DNA of 64,000 bases from an uncultured Acholeplasmatales bacterium. GTDB taxonomy: Bacteria; Bacillota_I; Bacilli_A; Acholeplasmatales; Anaeroplasmataceae. The DNA lies in NCBI GenBank assembly GCA_944323055.1, contig CALUQZ010000005.1, positions 2,568 to 66,567 of the forward strand, in the 5' to 3' direction. How positions within the stretch are numbered: position 1 is the stretch's first letter; the number at the start of each line of letters is the position of its first letter. The notes under the pieces were generated by a model, which searched no databases, was not told the origin of the DNA, and saw nothing but the letters and a program-made list of their open reading frames with translations. Below, piece by piece: positions 58,110 through 64,000 of the stretch. A program made the position numbers and the translations under genes.

Positions 58110-58994
58110 CTATTCTTCTTTAATAATCTTATCAGGGATTCCAAAACGATTAAAAGGATAATATCTTAAGATTACTTCACCAATAATATCTTTACTATCA
58201 ACTAAGCCAAAATATCTAGAATCAGTACTATGTCTCCGATTATCGCCAAAAAGTAAATATTTACCTTCTGGCATATTAAAGCTTGAATCAAATGTATCAG
58301 TAATACTAAACCATTCACTAAGTGTAATATTTTTATCAACAACTGTTTCATTAACATATAAATATGTACCTAATTTAGTTAATTTATCATTAGGACTAGC
58401 AACTACCCTTTTGACATAAAAACTACCTTCACCACCATAGTTTGAAGCATCTATAACAACTACATCATCATTTTCAGCTACATAACCAAAATGCCATAAT
58501 AAAACTTTATCTTCATTATAAAAACTATTTTCCATTGAAATACCATCAATTGTGACAGGAGTTATTATATACATAATTATAAAATTAATAATAACAAAAA
58601 TACTAGCTATAAAAATTACTAAATCATATATTTTATATGCTTTATATATCTTTTTTAAATAATTATTTTTAATGAATATTATACCATTTATCGCTAAAAT
58701 TAAAGCAATTAATAATAAAGCTAATAATACAATCATCCAAACAAAATAATAAGCTTCTGGGTTTATAACCACCTCATGATTTAAAATAGTATCAGCTGTC
58801 ATTTGACTTAACTTAGCTAAATTAGTTCTATTTAGTAAACTATAAATTAAAAATAAGGTAATAAATAAGAAGCGAAAAATAGAATCAAAGATTACTTCTT
58901 TAAAAATTAATTTTTGAGCATCTGCTAAAAAAATATTATCATTTACTGCTTTATCAATTATTTTTTTATTATATTTCTTCATCTTGTCTTCCAA
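58110..58994 (-). CDS. lepB: Signal peptidase I with long multi-TM N-terminal extension
   Basis: Catalytic DGISMENSF (Ser) and KRV (Lys), plus GDNRRHSTDSRYFG. About 150 aa of hydrophobic segments precede the catalytic domain. Confidence 0.88.
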   Translation of the reverse strand: MEDKMKKYNKKIIDKAVNDNIFLADAQKLIFKEVIFDSIFRFLFITLFLIYSLLNRTNLAKLSQMTADTILNHEVVINPEAYYFVWMIVLLALLLIALILAINGIIFIKNNYLKKIYKAYKIYDLVIFIASIFVIINFIIMYIITPVTIDGISMENSFYNEDKVLLWHFGYVAENDDVVVIDASNYGGEGSFYVKRVVASPNDKLTKLGTYLYVNETVVDKNITLSEWFSITDTFDSSFNMPEGKYLLFGDNRRHSTDSRYFGLVDSKDIIGEVILRYYPFNRFGIPDKIIKEE

Positions 58995-61023
58995 ACATAT
59001 TATTTAAATCACTTAATGTAATTAAAACTTCTCTACCCTTTGTTGAACCAGTCTTTGGCCCTAATATTTTTCTTTGTTCTAATAAATTAACAATTCTTTG
59101 GGCTCTATTAAAACCAAAACCAAAATTGTTTTGAATTCCATTAATAGATGCCCCACCTTCTAAAATACAAAATTTAGCCACCTCATAAATAGTTGATTCA
59201 GCTTCCTGCATCGCTAGGTCACGTGGTTCTCTTTCTGACTCAATTTGTTTTTCTAAATCAGCATGAGTAAAAATATATGACGGCTTACTTTCAGCGCGTA
59301 TAAAATCACAAACCGCATTAATTTCATCATCTGAGATGAAAGAACCTTGAACTCTTTCTGGTTGGTCATTATCTTTAATTAACATATCACCACGGCCTAA
59401 TAAAGTTTCAGCTCCTGCTTCATCTAAAATAGTATTAGAATCAACAAAAGAAGCAACTTTAAATCCAATACGACATGGAATATTAGCTTTAATATTACCT
59501 GAAACAATTTGTACACTAGGTCTTTGAGTAGCAACTATTAAATGAATTCCGGCTGCCCTAGCTTTTTGTGTAATTCTCTTAATTGAATCTTCGACATCAC
59601 TAGAACAAGTCATCATTAAATCAGCTAACTCATCAATAACGACAACAATATAAGGCATATGTTTTAACTCTTTATTAATAGCTGCCTTCTTATTATAATC
59701 TTCTATGTTTTTAACATGAGCATTAGCTAAGTCATCATATCTTCTTTCCATTTCATCAACAGTCCATTTAAGGCTTATTGAAGCCATTTGTGGTTCGCTA
59801 ATAACTGGAGTAACTAAGTGCGGTAATTCCTCATAAAAACTCATTTCAACCTTTTTAGGATCTACTAAAATTAGTTTTAGATCTTCTGGTTTATTTTTAA
59901 CTAATAATGAAATTAATATTGTATTAATACAAACTGATTTACCACTCTTAGTTGCCCCACCAACTAATAAATGTGGCATATCATCAATGCATTTATAAAT
60001 AGTTTCACCATCAATGTTCTTACCTAAAGCAACCCTCAAAGGACGATTATCATTAATAAAAGCCTCATCAATCATATCGCCAAAATAAACTGTATCTGTC
60101 TTATCATTAGGAACCTCAATACCTACTGTTTTCTTGCCTGGTATTGGGGCTAAAATTCTAATTGATTTAGCACCTAATTCCATTTGAAAATTATCATACA
60201 AACTTGAAACTTTATTAACTTTAACCCCAGATTGTAACATTATTTCATAGCGCGTGAAAGCTGGTCCTTTAATGTAATTTACAACTTCACCTTCAACATC
60301 AAAATCTTGTAATAATTTATTAATTATTTCTTTTTTCTCAATTACCCAATCTGGCACCTCATCAGATGATAAAGTAGAATGTTTAAATAAAGTTAATGGT
60401 GGTAAAACATATTCATTTACCTCTTCATTTTCTTCTTCAATATCTAATCCTAAATCTAATTTAACTTCTGTTTTAGGTTCAACAAATTCTTCTTGTTTAA
60501 CATCTATTTGAGTTTGTTCTACTTCTTTAAAAGGTTTTTCATAAACTACTTTGTTAATAGGTTTTCTTTCTTCATTTTCTTCAATTTTATCGCGATAATA
60601 TATACTGCTTTCCCTAGGTTTATCTTCAATCGTTCTAAAAGACAAATCATCTTCTAAAATTTCATCTTTTACTTCTTCTTTAGGCTTTTCTTCAACGTAT
60701 TCTACCCCTAAAACTTCTTTACGCTTTTCTTCGTTTAATATTTTAAAATCATAATATTGTGTACCATGAATTTTAATTAATTCTTCATCTGAAATATGTT
60801 TTTCTCCTTTAGGTCTAAAGGCATCATAAGCCTTATCAACATCTATAGTTCCTTTATTATCTGGCACTAAAATTTTATCTTTAACTTTACTACCAAAATA
60901 TGGTGAGGCCGCTATTGTCTTCTCAAAACCTGGTTTAGTTCTCTTTAATCCCTCATATTTAACATCAATTTGGGGAATCTTAAACTTTTCCTCAACGACA
61001 ATACTTTTAACTTTTTTCTTCAT
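58969..61023 (-). CDS. FtsK/SpoIIIE family DNA translocase lacking an N-terminal membrane domain (SftA-like)
   Basis: Motor domain GGATKSGKS, VVVIDELADL, and a C-terminal gamma winged helix (GASINGIQNNFGFGFNRAQRIVNLLE). No hydrophobic helix in the first 330 aa. Confidence 0.9.
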   Translation of the reverse strand: MKKKVKSIVVEEKFKIPQIDVKYEGLKRTKPGFEKTIAASPYFGSKVKDKILVPDNKGTIDVDKAYDAFRPKGEKHISDEELIKIHGTQYYDFKILNEEKRKEVLGVEYVEEKPKEEVKDEILEDDLSFRTIEDKPRESSIYYRDKIEENEERKPINKVVYEKPFKEVEQTQIDVKQEEFVEPKTEVKLDLGLDIEEENEEVNEYVLPPLTLFKHSTLSSDEVPDWVIEKKEIINKLLQDFDVEGEVVNYIKGPAFTRYEIMLQSGVKVNKVSSLYDNFQMELGAKSIRILAPIPGKKTVGIEVPNDKTDTVYFGDMIDEAFINDNRPLRVALGKNIDGETIYKCIDDMPHLLVGGATKSGKSVCINTILISLLVKNKPEDLKLILVDPKKVEMSFYEELPHLVTPVISEPQMASISLKWTVDEMERRYDDLANAHVKNIEDYNKKAAINKELKHMPYIVVVIDELADLMMTCSSDVEDSIKRITQKARAAGIHLIVATQRPSVQIVSGNIKANIPCRIGFKVASFVDSNTILDEAGAETLLGRGDMLIKDNDQPERVQGSFISDDEINAVCDFIRAESKPSYIFTHADLEKQIESEREPRDLAMQEAESTIYEVAKFCILEGGASINGIQNNFGFGFNRAQRIVNLLEQRKILGPKTGSTKGREVLITLSDLNNMFGRQDEEI

Positions 61024-61768
61024 TTAAGATATCCTCCTCTACTAAATTATCTAATTCCTCTTGATTTAAAGAATCAATATTGCTACTAACTTCAAAAACT
61101 TTCTTTGAATAAATCTTATACGTTTCTTCCCCAACTATACCAATTACTACTACACATAACTTATTTATTAAAATGTTAAAAGTTCCATCAATAACTAACT
61201 TTTTAGCCCACCACAAGGGATTAACTAAATTAATAACTTTTTTAGCAGCTTGATAAGTAGTTTTTAAGCGATATTTTTTTGTAGCTTTAACTATTTCATT
61301 TTCTTCAATCACTTTTTTGGCATCTGCCATATTTAAAATAGTTGAAACTTTAACTTTTTTTAATATTCTTAGACCTTTATAATCTAACATCTCATCAATT
61401 CTTAATCTAATATATTCACTTAATTGTAATATTTCGCTAATTGATAACTCAAATAATGGATGTTTAGAATTAGGATAAAAATCACGTGCAGTATCAACTA
61501 TTAGTTTAGTACATAAATTGTAGGTGTAAGTAATACTTTTAGAGCCTTTAGTTTTTTTATCTTTAAATGCCTGTTTAGTGGCTATAATGCGTTCTAAAGC
61601 TTTTTCTTCTTTATCTTCTTCTTTTGTTATAATTAATTTATTTTTCTTTTTAATATTAATTAAAATATATAATAAATATATTAAAAATAAAATAATAAAA
61701 CCGGTCACAATACCACAAAAAAAACTAATAAAAAAAGACCAATCAAATCTAATAATAGCTTCTAACAC
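61007..61768 (-). CDS. Hypothetical membrane-anchored protein
   Basis: 253 aa with one N-terminal TM (FISFFCGIVTGFIILFLIYLLYILINI). Its stop overlaps the ftsK-like start by 17 nt. Confidence 0.6.
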   Translation of the reverse strand: MLEAIIRFDWSFFISFFCGIVTGFIILFLIYLLYILINIKKKNKLIITKEEDKEEKALERIIATKQAFKDKKTKGSKSITYTYNLCTKLIVDTARDFYPNSKHPLFELSISEILQLSEYIRLRIDEMLDYKGLRILKKVKVSTILNMADAKKVIEENEIVKATKKYRLKTTYQAAKKVINLVNPLWWAKKLVIDGTFNILINKLCVVVIGIVGEETYKIYSKKVFEVSSNIDSLNQEELDNLVEEDILNEEKS

Positions 61769-61864
61769 ATAATCACCTACCTTCTTCTATTATAGCATTA
61801 TTTTAGGAAAAAATCTTTATTTTTTATTACAAATATGATATATATAAATTAATAGGTGATTATA

Positions 61865-62635
61865 ATGCGTAAAACAATTTTTCTTGATCTACAAAATACC
61901 ATCTTAGGTGGCATAAGTCATTTAAATCAAGAACAAAAAGAAATGATTAATATTCTTGATTCTAAACATAATTTATTTATTGCCTCTAATGTTTATCCAA
62001 GTGATATGGCCTATTTTAATGAATTAAATGGTCTTAATTTAAACTTTATTGCTGGAAGTGGTTCTTTTATTAAATATAAAGATAATTATCAAACAGCTTC
62101 TTTTAAAGCTGATTTAAGTCTATTTAATAACTATTTATCTGATTTAATATTTTTATTTTATGAAAAGAATTATACTTTTTATATATATGGATATCAAACC
62201 CGTTTAAGAACTTTATATCCTATTAAACCAAAAGATACTAAAATCATTGATAATTTTAATGATTATAAAATAGATACCTATGACTCTATTTTATTATGCA
62301 TAAATAAAAATAGTAAAATGCTATCTCATCTATTTAAACAAGATAGCATTCATTTAGAGATTATAGGTCAAGATCAAACTAAAGTTATTTATCGGATTTT
62401 AAAGAAAAATGTCAATAAAGCATACTTTATTCCTACTATTTATCAAAAATTAAATATTGATTTTAATGACACAATAAGTGCTGGTGATTCAGTAGAGGAT
62501 TTATGCTTATATAATCATACTAAACTTAAACTAGCCCCAATAAATGGCTGTCAAGAAATAAAAGATAAAGCAGATATAATAGTATCTAGTTACTTAGATA
62601 ATGGCATTTTAAAATATTTAGTCAATAATACCTGA
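61865..62635 (+). CDS. Cof-type HAD-IIB family hydrolase (divergent motif I)
   Basis: SD AGGTGA then ATG (MRKTIFLDLQNT). C-terminal GDSVEDL motif. Motif I reads DLQNT rather than DxDGT. Confidence 0.7.
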   Translation: MRKTIFLDLQNTILGGISHLNQEQKEMINILDSKHNLFIASNVYPSDMAYFNELNGLNLNFIAGSGSFIKYKDNYQTASFKADLSLFNNYLSDLIFLFYEKNYTFYIYGYQTRLRTLYPIKPKDTKIIDNFNDYKIDTYDSILLCINKNSKMLSHLFKQDSIHLEIIGQDQTKVIYRILKKNVNKAYFIPTIYQKLNIDFNDTISAGDSVEDLCLYNHTKLKLAPINGCQEIKDKADIIVSSYLDNGILKYLVNNT

Positions 62636-64000
62636 TTTTTTTAGAAGGAAGATTGCGTTAGTCGAAACGGATTTTCCTTCTTTTATTTTATAATCAAAAC
62701 TGATTTCTTTATAATCATGACTATATTGTTCAGCAAAATGAAAATTAACTATCGATTTGACTTCACACAATTCGAAATCATGAGTAGATATAATAAAATC
62801 ATAATCTAACTCTTCTAGTTTTTTTATTAACATTTTAGCCCCATATACTCGATCAAGCGTATTAGTACCTTTAAATATTTCATCAATTAAAGCTATTTTT
62901 TTAGTTTCACTTGCATCAGTAATCATTTCTTTAATTTTTTCAATTTCTGCATAAAAACTAGATACACCTAAAGCGAGGTCATCTTTAATTCTTAATGCAG
63001 TATACAACATATAATTAGGACTTTTAAAAGCGGCAGCTGGTACAATTCCACAGGCATTATATAGTAAAATTGCTTCTCCTATCGTTCTTAAAAAAGTAGT
63101 CTTTCCGCTCATATTAGAGCCTGTAATAATTGTTCCATTTTTTAATGTAAAGCTATTAGGAACACAATCTTTAACTAAAATATTAGTTAAATCAATAAAC
63201 TCTAATTTATCGTTACTTTCTCCTAAAAAGGCTTGATAGTCATAAACTAAATTAGCATAACTTGCATAAACTTCAAGATTAGCAATATCTTCTAATGTTT
63301 CAAAAATTTCTTCATCTTTTAATTGTAATTTATTAAAAATTAGTTGATAGATAGCATCAAAACAACATAATCCATTAAAGATTATTTTAAATAAAATATT
63401 ATTACGATAAGATATCACTTGCCATAATGTCGATAATCTTTTAAATTTCTTAAGATTTGAATTAAAATATTCTTTTTTATATTTATTAGATATAAACTCT
63501 AAATCTAATTTAGCTAAGTGGTTTAAAACATTTTGATTTTGGCCAATTGAATTATATAAAGATGTTGTATTAAGCATATAAAGAGGATCTTTAAAGAAAG
63601 TAGCGTAAAAAATATTAATGATTACACCTATTATTATAAATAAAGGATTAATAATATTTAATGAACCTAATACTATTAATAAAATATCTATTACAAAAAC
63701 AAAAATAAGGCCTAAATACAAGTTTTTTTTCGGTTTGAATTTTAGTGATAATGATTCAATATAACTATCTTTATCAATGTCTTCTGTTATATTATTAAAA
63801 GCTAAACTAGCTTCTAAATCTATTAAAATATCTCTTTTACCTAATTCATAAATTTTATCTTTTTTACTAGCAATATTTAAATCACCATGACATAAACTTA
63901 ATGCTAATTTATTCCTACCTAATACTGATTTAGCACTAGATAAATGCTCAAATAATGAATTCTTTCCAAAAATATCAATATCTTCTAAAAGATATTTGTC
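62618..64000 (-). CDS. MutS-family ATPase paralog (domain V) with internal TM segments; 5' end beyond the right edge
   Basis: Walker A GSNMSGKTTFLRTIG, DEIFKGTN, STHD. The reading frame stays open upstream of the tracked TTG through 64000 (...DIDIFGKNSLFEHLSSAKSVLGRNKL...). Hydrophobic stretch LIFVFVIDILLIVLGSLNIINPLFIIIGVIINIFYATFF. Confidence 0.8.
   Translation of the reverse strand, partial: DKYLLEDIDIFGKNSLFEHLSSAKSVLGRNKLALSLCHGDLNIASKKDKIYELGKRDILIDLEASLAFNNITEDIDKDSYIESLSLKFKPKKNLYLGLIFVFVIDILLIVLGSLNIINPLFIIIGVIINIFYATFFKDPLYMLNTTSLYNSIGQNQNVLNHLAKLDLEFISNKYKKEYFNSNLKKFKRLSTLWQVISYRNNILFKIIFNGLCCFDAIYQLIFNKLQLKDEEIFETLEDIANLEVYASYANLVYDYQAFLGESNDKLEFIDLTNILVKDCVPNSFTLKNGTIITGSNMSGKTTFLRTIGEAILLYNACGIVPAAAFKSPNYMLYTALRIKDDLALGVSSFYAEIEKIKEMITDASETKKIALIDEIFKGTNTLDRVYGAKMLIKKLEELDYDFIISTHDFELCEVKSIVNFHFAEQYSHDYKEISFDYKIKEGKSVSTNAIFLLKKSGIID

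Noticed and set aside
61578-61772. 64-aa plus-strand ORF
   Set aside because: It is antisense to the 5' end of the 253-aa membrane protein gene and has a low-complexity translation.
1-64000. CRISPR arrays, tRNA and rRNA genes
   Set aside because: Scanning the intergenic regions showed no regularly spaced direct repeats and no GC-enriched structured segments of tRNA or rRNA type. All larger non-coding gaps are AT-rich leaders or terminators.

Overview
This is a very AT-rich bacterial chromosomal segment. By eye it is under 30% GC, and it uses the standard genetic code. The gene content resembles a small low-GC Bacillota or Mycoplasmatota genome. Almost every gene is on the minus strand; only three convincing CDS are on the plus strand.

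Most of the window is housekeeping:
- A T-box-controlled GNAT-valS-folC operon.
- A FtsX-type ABC exporter.
- The rpsO, darA-like, ribF and truB genes.
- A complete pyrimidine operon (pyrB-pyrC-carA-carB-pyrK-pyrD-[mgtC]-pyrF-pyrE) with a terminator/antiterminator leader.
- glk, pepF, tmcAL, gpmI, the yqeG-yqeH-yqeK/rsfS cluster and greA.
- A U32 (TrhP-like) pair.
- ffh-ylxM-ftsY, topA, rnhB, rbgA, lepB, an ftsK-like translocase and a MutS paralog.

The clear accessory region is about 32.3-42.4 kb. It lies between a MATE efflux gene and the gpmI terminator. It contains:
- A decayed IS4/IS1634-like transposase remnant.
- A three-gene operon, which is the best candidate for an undescribed anti-phage system. 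It encodes a MazG-like NTP pyrophosphohydrolase and two DUF2075/Schlafen-type nuclease-ATPases. One has a PD-(D/E)xK head and is interrupted by a 1-nt frameshift at a G4A4 run. The other has a GIY-YIG head.
- A translationally coupled CrtI-like flavoenzyme and FNR/2Fe-2S reductase pair.
- An intact IS66-family element with 14-bp terminal inverted repeats and an 8-bp target duplication.

Secondary oddities:
- An orphan XRE-ImmA/IrrE pair.
- A PP-loop/ThiF-like/604-aa membrane protein/LemA gene string.
- MgtC embedded in the pyr operon.
- A YqeK-RsfS fusion.
- An FtsK-like motor with no membrane domain.

I saw no rRNA, tRNA or CRISPR array. All homology calls come from motif recognition by eye, not from database searches.
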